The notes: generated by a model not told the origin, from the sequence alone. A stretch of 64,000 nucleotides of DNA from Octopus sinensis (GCF_006345805.1 NC_043013.1:13268001-13332000); one strand, 5' to 3'; positions 24,690 to 38,675 are shown, counted from the first letter of the stretch. Program-made: numbers and translations.

Positions 24690-25450
24690 GACACAAATTA
24701 AAAATTCAATATACCAGTGTAAAATTACTACTGGTAATGAAGTATTTTTTTTATATAGGAAGCACATCTTCTCAGTTATCTAAAAGAATTTCTAATCATT
24801 ACTCTACATTTAGGGATAGGAATAAACATAACAGAACAGGGCTTAGTAAATTAATTTGAGATCTAATAGACCACAGTAAACAATTTAATCTAGATTGGTT
24901 GATTCTCTCAATCTTGATACCTTATGACAAATGCAAGGAATTCTATCTTCTCTGTAATTCTGAACTATTTTTTATTCTTTTTTTAAAAGTCCCCTTGTAA
25001 ACACGATTATAGAGCATGCGTACTGATGTAAACATTGGCAGAAATACCCCTTTAGTTCATATAAGTGATATCAATCATTATATATAATTTAAACATTAAA
25101 TTTCTTACATTTCAAATTCACTAGATATATCTTTTCCAAGTCTATATAGTTTTATTTAATATACATATAGTTATATACTTCTCATTTATTTGGTTTTTCT
25201 TTCCTTTATCTCTCCTCTTTCTATAGGCTACCTTTGATGTTATATCCTATAACGTTTTTTTTAAGTATAGTTAATCACTATACATATCCATCATTTTCTG
25301 TTAAAATGTCTTATTGATGAGTTTCATTTCTTCATTTCGCTGAAGAGAAGATTACATTGTTTTACACCATTTTATTCCTTTGGAATAAAACCAGTGATGT
25401 CTTCGAAACGTGTCGGAAGTAAAAGAATTTAAATAACACCTGTGTTTAAC
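24690..25450 (+). mobile_element. Decayed Penelope-like GIY-YIG 3' fragment plus tail; same family as the element at 62595-63527
   Basis: Manual translation KNSIYQCKITTGNEVFFYIGSTSSQLSKRISNHYSTFRD...CKHWQKYPFSSYK matches the C-terminus of ORF 62535-63527. Stops and a frameshift are present. Confidence 0.85.
25335..25419 (+). ncRNA. Degenerate type I hammerhead ribozyme in PLE tail
   Basis: CTGAAGA-GAAGA...TCTTC-GAAAC-gt-GTC. Stem II GAAGA/TCTTC pairs; stem I has a mismatch next to the core. Confidence 0.45.
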
Positions 25451-25471
25451 TCCATTATATATAACATATAT

Positions 25472-25611
<140 letters not shown>

Positions 25612-25959
25612 GGGATACAACCTTTTTGCAACTCCATTGACCCGTATCATATTCTTGCTTGAAGATGTATTATTGTATGCTGCTGATGACAAAAATTGCT
25701 ATCATTTTTTATAGAGATTAATAATAATGAAGTTACAAGTATTTAAATTTATGAGATTTTAGCCATTCAAAGACATCCACATGCTGGCAGATCTTATGTA
25801 AAGATTTTTCTATCCATGAAGTGTGGTGTCGTTGAGTTAGCCTACTCGGGATTTCTGCAGTGCAACCGTACAAGAATTCCTCTAGAAAAGTTAGGGCAAA
25901 CCTTGGACACCATTCATTTCCTTGACTGACTTACCAAGGCCATTGGTAACCCATTACAG

Positions 25960-27720
25960 AGGAAGCAAAAGCAAAAAGAAAAACTTTCTTTTTTGTGAGA
26001 AGTTGGAATGTGCGCACACTCCTGGCTCTGGATGACACAGACAGACCCAAACAGTGCACTGCTTGTTTGAGCGGAGAACTGAATCCTTACAGTGTGAACA
26101 TCACAAACCTACCCGAAACAAGACTCACTGGCAGTCTTTGTGAAGAAGGAAGGGTTTACACCTTTTTCTGTAAAGGTTGAAATCTTACAGAGCAGTGAAT
26201 CCTCGGTCATGGTTTTGTGAAGAATTCCGTAGTGAACAGACACAATCTGTCTCCCACCTCTATCATTGAGTGCCTCAAGAACAATCGTCTTGCGTTAATC
26301 CTAGTTACTGCTGCTACCCTTGATTCTAGATATGAGATCAAAGATTTGTAATACTCTAATCTCAACAGGACAAGCCAAGTTGTGCTAAAATGAAATAAAC
26401 TCCTCATACTGAGAGATTTTAATGCCAGGGTTGATGAACTAATGAACACTGGATGGGAATTCTTGGAAAACAGGATGTTGGAAACTGAAACTCAAACATA
26501 CCGCTGTTCATTGGCTTATGAGCTGAGAATGAGCTTATGGTTATTTACATTTTCCCAACCAGCAAAAGACCACGTAAGAGCATCCAAGATAAAAGTGCTG
26601 GCACAACCTGGACTACTTTCTCACTTGACCCTGTGATGAGAGCAACGTACCAATGAACCACAGCCTCCCTGCCACAGAGGACTGCTGGAGGGATCATTGA
26701 CTGCACAGGTTTTAGTTGCGAAACCTTCCATATCGCAATGTATCTACAAAGATAGAGTGGACACTTTGATGGTTTTGTTTCTAAACTGAAGACCTACGAT
26801 GTTGGGGCGATTACTCATCACACCTCATGGAACTTTCTGAAGAAGGTACCCCACCATTATCATTGACGGGCTGTGGACAGTGTGGAAGTATATTGGTTTG
26901 ATTTAGGCAAAACGATCACCAAAGCTCCTGGGGGAATAACTGGCTTTTACAAACACGCTCATTAAGACTGGTTTGACCAAAATGACGACCATATTGCCAA
27001 GCTGATCGATCAGAAGAGAGAATTTCGTCTGGTATAGGATTTCCCAATGTGAACCCACTTGCGATGCTTCTGGTAGGCCAAGCAGCAATGCCAGTGCAGG
27101 ATCCATGAACTCCAAAATCTCTGGTGGCTAGCAAAAGCAGGGGAGATACAGTTGTTCGCAGACAGTAAAGACCCTAGGCAGGCGTTTCTATGCTGGGAAA
27201 AGGGGAATCGTTGGTTCTCCTAGTAGAGTAAACAATACACTCATATCCACCGCCAGATTAACCCCTTTGATGGACAATCAAGACACACTTAAAACATGGA
27301 AGGAATACTCTTGTCAACCGGCCATCTACTGCAATGATTGACCTCCTCTGAAGTATCCCCTAATATCCTATCTGAGACTGGATGTTACTCCTTCCAAATT
27401 ATCTTGAGCTGGAAAAGGCTCTAAAACGCATGAAGAAATGGGGAGCACCTGGTCATGACAACATAGTTCTGAAGCTCCTGCCTCACGGTTGTCAAACTGT
27501 GAAGATCAAGTTGTATAGGTTTATCCAACGCATGTGGGAAGCAGCAGTAGTTCCTGGAGACCTTAACAATGTGACTATCATCACAGTCTTCAACAGAGGT
27601 GACTGAGCAATCTGTGAATACAGTTACAGCATCTCTCTTCTCAGCATCTTTGGGAAGATCTTCATGAGAATCTTGCTAGAGAGATTAGAGGTCATCGCCG
27701 AGGAAGCTCTGGAGTTGTAT
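25960..27720 (+). mobile_element. Decayed RTE (BovB-like) LINE
   Basis: SWNVRTLL...; ELEKALKRMKKWGAPGHDNI; GDLNNVTIITVFNRGD; ISLLSIFGKIFMRILL. Confidence 0.82.
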
Positions 27721-28276
27721 TGCGGCTTTGTTGAGTCATATTCATTGCACACTGATTCTAATCAGAATCAGAAACTGGATCCGATGTGAAACAAGCGACT
27801 AAGATGATTGATAGTATTTGAGAAGAGACGGAACATTGCCAAATTGATGTTTTATTTACTTTTGATAACTAAGGAAACCGAGCAATGTAGAATAAAATGT
27901 TTTTCCTTAGAAACTATGAAATACCGGCAGAAGAATTGAACCAATTCTCTATGATCAGATAATTTATCTCTTTATTCACTCAGACACTTTTGCTATTAAA
28001 ATCCAACTAAAACAGAAAATAATACACGAAACTGAAAAACCTTGAATGTATTACTTCCCCTATCACAAAATTAGCATTGTATCATAAATGGAAATCATAT
28101 GGGCCTTTTTTTTTAATCCTTTGATGTAAGCTAATGTTTTAAGTTTACCCTACAATGAATATTGAAATTCTAAGAATCAATACTATAATGTTAAAAATCA
28201 GTATTTAATATTAATATAGAACAAGAATATACTTAGAAGTTTAAAAATAAGGAAAATAACTTAAACAGAAATTTAC

Positions 28277-28440
28277 CTCTTCATTCACAAGGGATTCCTT
28301 GTTTTGTACACAGTTCCATGATGCAATACCTATTGTTACCACTTTCTTCTTGCCAGTCATTGCAGCTTCATTATCATGTATAGCCTTCCCAATATGTTTT
28401 GCAACTCCAGTATGTAAGCCATCACTTATGATCCAGGCAC
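28277..28440 (-). CDS. TRPM: TRPM-like channel, SLOG/MHR1-2 exon (164 nt, phase 1->0): (G)AWIISDGLHTGVAKHIGKAIHDNEAAMTGKKKVVTIGIASWNCVQNKESLVNEE
   Basis: Matches the TRPM motif GAWIITGGxHTGVMKxVGEAV...TIGVAxWG, with canonical ttttgcAG and GTaaat boundaries. Confidence 0.88.
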
Positions 28441-30448
28441 CTGCAAAACAAGAGAACAATAATTATATTCAAACATTGATTGCTTATTCTAAATGATTGT
28501 AGATTTTGGGACAAAATAATTTCTGGTATTTTGGGACAAAATAATTTCTGGTATTCAGACTTCAAATCACACAAAAGGAGTGAAGTTTCTTTTTGTGCAT
28601 GTAAGGTTAATGGGAAATTCACCAGTAATTAACTTAGGTTGATTTAATTATTGACATAGTTCTCGTTATTGAAGCCTTGATTTACTGTGTTGAATCAATC
28701 CAGGACTCTCCTATTGATTTTTTAAAATCAATTCTTGACAAGATAATAAGCAAAATAAAATTTCACCTCTGATAGAATTTGAACTCATAACCAAAAGCTA
28801 AATACTACAATAGATTTAGTCCAGCATTTTTCAGTTACAGTCGTCTGCTCCCAGTATATTGCTATTGATTCCATATTGCTAACTGGAAATGTGTTGTGTG
28901 TTAGAGAGAAAGATTAAAGTCTTACATGAAAGTGTGGCATGGTTTCACTTATTGGCCCAAGTCTAGTAATGCTATGGAATAATATATGAATATCACTCTT
29001 TCCGTTTTCTCATACCTCACGTAACCTCTACATGGTCATTTGACCTTCAGAAAACAACAATTATGTCTCCGCCATCAAATTATACCCTACTGCCTTTGAA
29101 AACGACTGAACACATTGGATAAAGTTGTCTGACGAACCTGTATAAGGTGGGATGGTCATTGCAGCAATGATTTTGAGCATGAATCTGTTCAATTAAGCTG
29201 GACTTTGGTTTAAATCACAAACACTTAAACTATAAAATCTTTATAACAAATCAAAATAAATTATTATTACAAAAAGAGATAAAAAAAAATTGCCAAGGAA
29301 TATATTTGTAAGTCATTCAAGAACACAAAAACCGTTAGTTTCACTTCAACATTTAATTTTCATTTGTGTCAAGATATTTTCATTGCTTTCAAACAGCGAC
29401 CTGTTCACTGAAAAGACTTGGTGCTGAATCTGAGGGAATAGCAGTTTTTTAGTAATACATGTGTGTTTTATTTCAAGATTTCTTGCCAATAAAGAAAGAG
29501 CCAGTCTCCATCCTAGATCCAAGGCTCCTTCATTGGAATTTCATCATCAACAACTGTATGTATATATGCAGATTTTTGCTTTATGTATGTATTCTCATGC
29601 ATATTGTTACATGTCTAAACATGCTCATATATATTTAAATGATACACTTCTGGAAAGTTTTCTAGATTTTTACAGTTCCAGTGATGGATTGGATCTGTAG
29701 TTTCAGAATTAGCTTTCTCCTTTCTGGATTTGAGAAGCCTAATTTCTCAAGATTGGTATTTAGGAAGTGTATTGCATATCCCAGAGCCCCAATAACTACA
29801 GGTACAAACCTGAACTTGTAATCTGGATAGAGTAACTACAAATTTCTCAATAGGTCGGCGGAGGTATTCTCTTATTCACTGATCCTCGGCTTTACGTTAA
29901 CATCCGCTTGGCAGGTAATTCTCACAACTGTACTCAGTATGTATATATGTATGTATGCATATATGTATGCATGGATGTGTGCATATATGTATGCATGGAT
30001 GTATGCATATACGTATGTATGGATGTATGCATATATCTATATGTTTCGCACATGCATGCATATATGCATTTACGCTTGTATGTATGTATGTGAGCATTTA
30101 CGTAAGTGTATAAACATGTCTGTGTGTGTGTGTATATGTGTATGTACATGTAAAGGAATGTTTATGTACTTATATGTATGTCTGTTCAAGTTGTACATAT
30201 AACTGTTACTCCGTTGAAGGTTGTAGATATATATTTTCCTTTTACCACTGTCTAAGGGTGAATAGATACAATGTCTTAGATACATACATGCAAATATAAA
30301 CATACTTATGCTTATTTACAAGCACACACAATAAACATGTATACAAGCAGATATCACACATATATACGTATAATCTTACAATTTGCACTTATACACGTTT
30401 ATCCACCTAGACAGATATGTCTCTAGTTTCACAGACAACGGCTAAACC

Positions 30449-30501
<53 letters not shown>

Positions 30502-30532
30502 AGAGTAATATAATAATAGTCCCTTATATTAC

Positions 30533-30567
<35 letters not shown>

Positions 30568-31413
30568 GTATGTATTTACATAGACTTATCTACTACAAGT
30601 TGCTGTGCAGACTGAACAAAGAATACTACAAGCCGAAGTTGTTGGAAAATTATTACTGCTATCCTAAGTGGTAATGCCTTCGTCGGTACAACAAATACAC
30701 AAATATTATTTGGATGGGTGTTGAGTCTTCAGAGTTCATCCACCCCAAGAAAAGTTTTGTTTTTCGTCCTGCAGGAGATCCAAATAAGCAAAAAAGATCC
30801 TCCTCACAGAGTGCGCTCTGGGGGTGTTGCCGGTTTGGTCGAGAATGGCCCAACTTTGTGGAAGTTGATCTCCATTCAGTCATTCAGATATGATTTGATT
30901 TCACTATTTCAGTCTTGGTGGTGGCGGTGAGGTGAATGTCACGTGTCTGAATCAATTAAGTACAAGAGAGATGAGTGAAGAAGAGGAAGTAAAGGGAAGA
31001 TAGAGAAATGAGAGAGGAAAGAAAATGTACTTCCTAGTGTGACTGTACACAAGAGATGGTGGTGGAAGTGGTGAATTCAGAGGGTGAGTGCATTGGTCAC
31101 GAGAGAAGGTGGGAAAGTCTGTTACTGAGTGAGGAAGCAAAAGAGCAACACATACATCGATGAGAGAGAGAAAGAACGTGAGAAATATAGTGATGTAGGT
31201 AGTTAAATATTTTGGGATTAATACACAACGATCTTCAAAAAAAAAAAAAAAACCTATATTGTTATGATTAAAAAATAGCTCACTTTCCATTAAAATAGGA
31301 ATTTAGAATTTAGAGTCAGTTTCATACATGTTGTTAGGGAAATGAAGGTGAATTGTATGATTAGAGGAAGTGTGGTGCAGTTTATAGTATTGTATAAAAT
31401 CATCAAAAGTATC

Positions 31414-31460
<47 letters not shown>

Positions 31461-31559
31461 TAGAGAGGGGGAGAAAGAGAAGAGAGAAAGAGAGGGAGGG
31501 AGGGATCAAAAGATAGTGATACAGGAAGTTAAGGATTTTGGGTTTAACAAAATGTTCTT

Positions 31560-32954
31560 TCGATAAAAACTATGATAATCATTATCATTATTATTATTTG
31601 ATGAAAACTCAGCTTATTTTGCTGGGTATAATAGAAAGTGTCACTCTGTGTAGAATTCTTGCAGCTCCAAACAATGCTGATTTTTCTAGGTGTTCTATCT
31701 TCACACTTTCACCAATCTTTTTCAGCCACATTGGTAGCTGAGTGCTGATATTTCTAAGGGCACCAATTACTATTGGTATCACATCAACTCTCCTCATTGA
31801 CTACAACTTTCGTGTTTCCCACTTCAAATCGTCAGCGTTGTTTACTTTTACTTTTTTCTCTTTGATCCTATTGTCACTGGGACATGCTATGTCGATTATC
31901 GTGCATTTTCTTTCTTCCTTATTCACCACAACGATGTCCAGTTTCCGATGCATGGTCAAGTTATCACACTGAATCATTGCATCTCATAGGACATTGCACT
32001 TCTCATTCTCGGTGACTCTTGGGTTTTCTTATACCACGTCTTTGCTCTTTGTTGGCCATGATTTTAACGGAGCTTCCAACGGATCATTCTTACTAAATTG
32101 TCATGTCGTCTTTTGCATTCGAGTTGTACCAATTTTGGGCATTCACTAACGATGTGCAATACCGTTTCATTCATCTCACCACACATTCTGCTTTTGTTGC
32201 TGTCGGTAGTGTTGTTGATTCTGCATTTCTCATAGTTAGTCCTTAACACTTGTTCTTGAGCTGCGTGTATAAGTGCTTCTGTCTATATTTTCAGGTTACA
32301 ACTACTCACCGATATCTCTGGCAAACTGAACGTACATTTTTGTTTCCATCCATGCTGTTTTCTTCCCCTATAAATTTTTCTTTCTTGACACATTTCTCAG
32401 TTTTAATGGCACCAGCCTCCTTCGCATGTTTCTACAATGGGCCTATGGCATTTTTATGTATCACAATAAGCCTTTTTCATCTGCTAAGATAAAATCCTGG
32501 CAACTGATCAAACCTCCCCCAACCTTTCTTCTGTAAAAGTACATCCTATCGGTCTCACTCCCAGGGTAGTAGGATTCTTGCGTTGTCAACATTCTTTTCA
32601 CTTCATATCTATTTTCATCAGTTCTTTCTTTTTGTAATTTTATAATTCCAGCTCCATACTGATGTGATGCTATCGTTCATGTATTACCTGCTTGGATTTT
32701 ATTCCACCCAGTCAGTTTTGAGCACCACACCAACCTTAATTTTCGAGTGAGCAGGCAGAATCATTATCACGCCGGATGGAATGCTTAGCAGCATTTCGTC
32801 CGTCTCTGCGTTCTGAATCCAAATTACATGAGGAGCAACTTTGCCTTACATTATTTCAGAGTCGATAAAATAAATACCAGTGAAATACTGGGGCTGATGT
32901 AATCGACTAGCCCCCTCCCCTAAAATCTCAGGTCTTGTGCCCATAGTAGAATGG

Positions 32955-33015
<61 letters not shown>

Positions 33016-33890
33016 CTCTTTATCTACTCTATTGCAGATGCAGTACAGTGGAAACACTTTCTCATTTCTCAGGTTGATGCTTTGGTCTTGCTCTACCAGT
33101 ATAGTGCTCTCGGTCTCTCTTTTAGAGTTACTTTCATCAGCCACTCCCACCTATTTTCCAGCAACTTCTGTTATGGCTACATGGAATTGATTGCGTAGTC
33201 CCTTCTGGTGTAATTCTTCAATTTTTGTACTTCTTCTTTTGTTTTCCCTTTTTTCTCTGCTCTAAATACTCCTTCATTCCTAACTGTCACTAGCAAGGTT
33301 TCATTACTTTGGACTAGGTATCTCATTAAGCTCTCGATTTCGATATGGACGCAGTCTTTCACACTTATCAGTCCCCTGTATCCATTGGCTCTCTTCGTGT
33401 GCATGTGATCAGTGTCTGCACGTGGATGATGGGCTCCATGCATCGGTAGCATCTTTCTTGACTTCCTGTCCATCTCCTTTAGCTCCTCCCTCTCTGTCCA
33501 CTTCATGATTCCATTGCCATATCAAACTCCTGCGATTGCGCCCGAATTTATTGCTGAAATTATGTTTCTGGCATTCCGTTTGAAGGCAATATTTATTCTC
33601 ACTCACTGCAGGTACTCTCTTTTTGTCTTTTTCTTCATGTCATTGTGTTTGATTCTATCTGCCTCAAGTATTCTCAGGTATTTATAATTGGATTGAGGTT
33701 GACTTGCCTTCATCATTTCACCACCTGATAAACCTGTACCTTTTGTCCTGGCAAGCTTTCCTCATCTCATCACCATTGTAGCACATTTTGAGAGTCTAAA
33801 CTCCATCTTAATATCATTGGGGGAAATCCAGACAGACTGGACTAGGCTGTTCAGTTCTGCTCCAATTTTTGTTCCCGTACCTCTTCCCAG
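31560..33890 (-). mobile_element. Decayed R4/Dong-type non-LTR retrotransposon (RT C-terminal, CCHC knuckle, restriction-like endonuclease)
   Basis: DRKSRKML..HGAHHPRAD..; C.MCGEMNETVLHIVSEC..L....KRRHD; KLDIVV...IIDIACP; VIPIVIGAL. Confidence 0.85.
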
Positions 33891-34121
33891 GTGATACCCC
33901 AACTTTGTTTCCATTCTCACTATTATTGTTGTTGTTGTTGTTGTAAAGGCGGCAAGCTGGCAGAATCGTTAGCACGTCGGTTGAAATGCTTAGTGGTATT
34001 CCGTTTACCGCTGTGTTATGAATTCAAATTCCACCGAGGTCGATTTTGCCCAAAATTTCAGGCCTGGTGCCTATAATAGAAAAGATTATTGTTGTTGTTA
34101 TTATTAAATAAAACTTTATAC

Positions 34122-34302
34122 CTGTGATTTGTGCAGCTTTAACCAAACCACGCCCAAGAGCTTCTCTAGCAAATGGATCCAACTGAAAGTCTTGTCTTTC
34201 TCCAATCACAGAAATAAGTAAGTTTGGCAATGATGAATACCATAGGCGTTTTATCAAATTAATTGTAATTTCCATAGAGATTTGGTGATCCACACGGACA
34301 AA
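34122..34302 (-). CDS. TRPM: TRPM-like exon (181 nt, phase 0->1): FVRVDHQISMEITINLIKRLWYSSLPNLLISVIGERQDFQLDPFAREALGRGLVKAAQIT
   Basis: Matches TRPM YVRVS.DT....LM...W.L..PNLLISVTGGA.NF...RGLVK.A. Boundaries ctctcgtacAG and GTataa; phases fit both neighbours. Confidence 0.88.
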
Positions 34303-34775
34303 CTGTACGAGAGAAAAAGAAATAAAAAACAGATTTACGTAATCTAATGTTTAATATAATGGGAAAAAGCAATTTAGTGAATAAATTTTATTGTAAAGAT
34401 TTATTGTATGTATCCATAATATAGAGATTGTGGTATTTGACGTTAAATAATTGAGAAGTTATAGGTTTATCCTGTCTCAGATGAAGTTAAGACAATTTAA
34501 GCAACAACTTCATTGAATATTGGACATTGATTTTATTGTAATAATTATTTATCATAATATGTTGACTGGAAAACAATCATCATCCTACAGATACCAACTG
34601 GAGAAATAAATATAGCCATCTCATACCTCCTGACTTTCATTATATTCTATATATATATACGAATTCAGATGAATATTGTACTTATGTTGAGTCACCAGAA
34701 CTTAGTACGGTATTATCCATCAATTTCAAAATAAGGTGATTCAAATCAAAATAAGCAACAAGGATATCCAGAGGT

Positions 34776-34865
34776 AATGCAGTACGATCGTTTCAAGCAA
34801 CTCCATTTAATTGAACAATGCAATCATTACATCAATTTAAATGCAGAACAATCCTCAGCTACATA
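34776..34865 (-). ncRNA. Hammerhead-like ribozyme (type I), left member of an inverted pair
   Basis: Reverse complement reads tatgtag-CTGAGGA-...-GAAAC-GATC-GTA-ctgcatt. First stem II pair is non-canonical. Confidence 0.55.
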
Positions 34866-35196
34866 AAGACACAGAATTTAATTAAATTAGCAAATCTCAT
34901 GATATTGCTTCAAATAAATCTTGACAGTTTTTATGACTATACCTACTATGATTTCTGTCGACTCCCCCAGTCTCCTTCCTAACAGGCACTGCTCCTTGTG
35001 ATAAACTAGTCTATAAATTAAAACTGAACCCATAAAACAATGGCAAGCAAATCTGTAATTAGTCTTTCTTCCTGATACCTTTGTAGCTGAAGTGAAAATA
35101 TCATGTTCTTTATCTATCTCCTTACCTTCCAGGAAAATTTAGGTAAAATTATATTAATATGTCCATCTGTTTTAGTTTAATTAAATTCTATGTCTT

Positions 35197-35286
35197 AATG
35201 CAGCTGAGGATTGCTCTGCATTTAAATTGATGTAATGATTGCATTGTTGAATTAAATGGAGTTGCTTGAAACGATTGTACTGCATT
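35197..35286 (+). ncRNA. Hammerhead-like ribozyme (type I), right member of an inverted pair
   Basis: aatgcag-CTGAGGA-...-GAAAC-gatt-GTA-ctgcatt, with a perfect 7-bp stem I. Confidence 0.55.
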
Positions 35287-35454
35287 ACCTCTGGATATCC
35301 TTGTAGCTTCTATATATATATATATATATATAAAGCAATGTGCATGCCTGAAACCTCTTAAAGTGTGAAAAGGCTATTTCCAGGACCCCCATTTACATGC
35401 ATACACGCACACAAACACACACATGCAGCAGGCTCTCACACACATATGTATATA

Positions 35455-37420
35455 ACATCATCATCATTTAATGTCCATTTACCATGCTAGTGTGAGTAGG
35501 ACGATTTGAGGGGGACAGGCAAATCAGAAGACTACACCAAGCTCTTCAGTTTATTTTGGCATGGTTTCTACAACTGGATGCCTTTCCTAATGCCAACCAC
35601 TTTACTGAGTGTACTGGGTGCTCTTTACGTGACTGCAGCAACCATGAGGTCACCAAGTAACTTGCAGTACAAGACCCCCTCAAATGGAGTGTAAGATGTA
35701 GTGTGGAGGGAAGTTGGTTCAGTGAAGAGGGAAAAGCAAAGGTAATTTGATAGCATTGAAAAGGTGGGGGATACTCAGTGTAAAATAAGAGTGGAGAGGG
35801 ACAATGTTAAGGATCAAGCATCGACATAAAATGAAGCAGTTTTTGGTAGTAAGAAAGATAACTGATATCACAGAAGGGTAGATGATATATACATTTATTT
35901 TCCCCAGTTAACTATAGCAGCAAAATATTGCAGTTAGGAAAGTGATGGAGAGAGCAGTGATAGGAAAATGAAGGGGGTGAAAGTTTTATGAAGAATTTAA
36001 GTGAGGTAGTGGTAGAGTATTCATAGACATTATGATTCTAGAACCTTTGTTTATTCAAGATGTGTGGCCTTCTCAAGCACCGCATATGGTCAGGTGTCCT
36101 CTTTGTCATCTCTGTGAAATTTAAAGTTCTAAGATCACTATTTCATCTCATGTCAACCCCAATCTCCCTTTTCCACAAGTTCCATCGATTTTCAGTAACC
36201 AGCATTTCGTTATACAGCTAACCTCACCCAAAAGCATCCATGAACATATTCGTACAGTCTTGAACAAAACATCGATTCCTTTTCTGCTCACATTTTTCTC
36301 AATATGTTTGTACATTATTGTTCATATAGACAGATTTTATACATCTTCGCATATCCACTGTGTTTAGAGTCCACATCTCATTACTATGTCTATGTAGCAC
36401 TGTCGTTCGTACATAATCATCATACCATCAGTTTTTCATTATGAGAGAAATGTTTTGTTACCAACAAAAGGTAAAACTCCTTCAAATTTCTCCAGCTTCA
36501 TTTTTTTTCTAGTCGATATAATTTCCGAACAACACCATCTCCACTGCTATGTAATAATAACTATCTTTTCTGTCGAAGGATCATCCTGGGCATTTCACAA
36601 AATCTATTTCCCATGTACATATAGAATTGTTTTTGCATGTGTATCAGCTGCATATGAAGTTTACTTTCTCTATTAAATTGTCTGTGATACTATGCAACTC
36701 CTGTGTTTCTATAGTTTTCACTGAGGACACTGCGTGGAATTTATTTCTAACAGCCATTCTATACAGGGTTTGTGTGGCTATCACAAGCCATTTGTCTTCT
36801 GCTATCTCCCTCTGTAACTACCATCATAGAATAAGGATCTCTGTCAAAGGTTTTCTGCAGGCCAATGAATGTTCAGTAGAGAAGCTTACTTTTAACTAAA
36901 TGCTTCTGCAGCAGTTACTTCGCCAAAAAAGAAAAGACTTCTCTAGTACTTGTCCCTAATAAAAAACCAAACTATATCTTGTCTAGTGTAACTTTTTCTC
37001 TAATTATTTGAGCTGTAGTTGTTCCCATAACTTTGTCCAGCTATTTGATACTTCTGTGATTACCTTTCTCTAGTATCTTCTTTATCCTTGTGATAGTCGG
37101 TTGTAATAATGTAATGCCTGTCACTGGGCAGACCACTTTCCTGTATAATCTGATTGACTATACAAGTAACTAAGCCATAACCCACACTGCAAATTATTTT
37201 AAACATTATAGCAGTCATTCCTAATGGTTCATGGAGTTTTTCCTGCTTTTATATTCTTCAGTATTTTATTTATGATACTGCTACCATCTAGAATTACTAG
37301 TCCCTCTGTTGGGTCCATATTTGAAAGACCTTTCTTTCATGCCATCTCCACATATATGAACCTTTAACGAGGTCACCTTTACACTTCTTTCTTTTCAGAA
37401 TCATTAAGTGCAAGTGTACT
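35455..37420 (-). mobile_element. Highly decayed RTE LINE fragments and RTE-type 3' tail
   Basis: 35455-35700 matches the reverse complement of the RTE 3' UTR at 57660-57880. 36000-37420 carries RT-like remnants. Confidence 0.55.
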
Positions 37421-37627
37421 GCTATCCATTATTACTCACCAATAGGAAAAATAAGAGCCAACTGTACCAGAAAAGGAAAAGGTATGTAAATACATTTTTA
37501 AAAATGCATGTAAATTGTTGCTGTTATTGAAATTCTTTGGCAAAATCATGAACTAATTATTCAATAAAATTTCTACTGACAAACGTTAGCAATAAAAATT
37601 AAAAAGAAAAACATTAAAAGCAATTAC

Positions 37628-37712
37628 CTTTGCAATATTCCAACCATCTTCTGGAAACTTTACCTCACCAAATGCATCACAGGGTTTTGATAGCTCTTTA
37701 TCTGTAGCGTTT
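37628..37712 (-). CDS. TRPM: TRPM-like exon (85 nt, phase 2->0): (R)NATDKELSKPCDAFGEVKFPEDGWNIAK
   Basis: PCDAFGEVKF matches TRPM PTDAFGDIxF. The acceptor tttctgtttgtctttgatAG gives phase 2; a weaker AG 11 nt downstream would give phase 1. Donor GTaatt. Confidence 0.8.
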
Positions 37713-38217
37713 CTATCAAAGACAAACAGAAACCAAATGAACAACTGAAATAAAGTTGTGATGGGGAAGGTAGAAAAAGAAAGATAACAAAATCAAGAGA
37801 AAAAGAACAACTCCAATGAAAGATACAAAGTTCCACAGATGTAGATACATAAATCCATTCATGGAAGTAAACATCTTTTAATTTAGTTAAATAAAATAAT
37901 GATTCATTTTAAATAAACTGAAAGGAATACAAGAAGTTATTTTACTGTCAGAAGTAAATGAAGAAAATGGGGTACACAGTCGAATAGTGATTCTACATCT
38001 GGGATGGTGCTTCTGCTACACATACAGGTATCATAAGACAACATCCAGAAAAAGGTTACTCAATTGACTGGCATGAAGTCACCAATATACATCAAATTCT
38101 GACACACAGATGTGCTGTGTCTTCTCTTTGCCTTTTCAACCACTACTAAAATAGCCTCTGCGTCTAAGAGCTAGTTAGTCTCTTGTAACCCTACCTGGAT
38201 ATCATTGATACACACAC

Positions 38218-38600
38218 TTTTACCATCTAGTTTCCTGGACCAGTTGGTTTCTGATTTTAGTTTAGCAAATAAATAATATTCGCTAGGTGAAATCTTCTTC
38301 AACAGGTACACCTTAGATTAAATATATGAAACATGAGGCAAATCAGAAACCAATTGGTCCAGGAAACTAGATGGTAAAAGTTTTTATTTTTTCATTTTGT
38401 TCCTGTCGAATTTTATCCCTAATTTTGTGGTTATAGAACCTAGCTGTTCTTTCTAGCATGTTGAATCCCACGAGTGGATTTCTTATGTGTTTAAATGTAC
38501 ACTGTATTTTATGAGTAGTACATAGTCTTTGGACTAAATTTTTACACGCTAGGCCACTGGAAGTGAAAATTTCTATCAATTTCCATTTCCCTTCGATATG
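38218..38600 (-). mobile_element. Penelope-like GIY-YIG relic with a 40-bp inverted repeat (38218-38257 / 38340-38379)
   Basis: ORF 38367-38681 CKNLVQRLCTTHKIQCTFKHIRNPLVGFNM resembles a degenerate GIY-YIG; the inverted repeat is visible in the sequence. Confidence 0.5.
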
Positions 38601-38605
38601 ATTAA

Positions 38606-38675
<70 letters not shown>

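Noticed and set aside
29897-30202. Several ORFs and a roughly 24-bp periodic repeat, superficially array-like
   Set aside because: Degenerate (TATG/CATG) microsatellite with no unique spacers. It is not CRISPR, and the DNA is eukaryotic.
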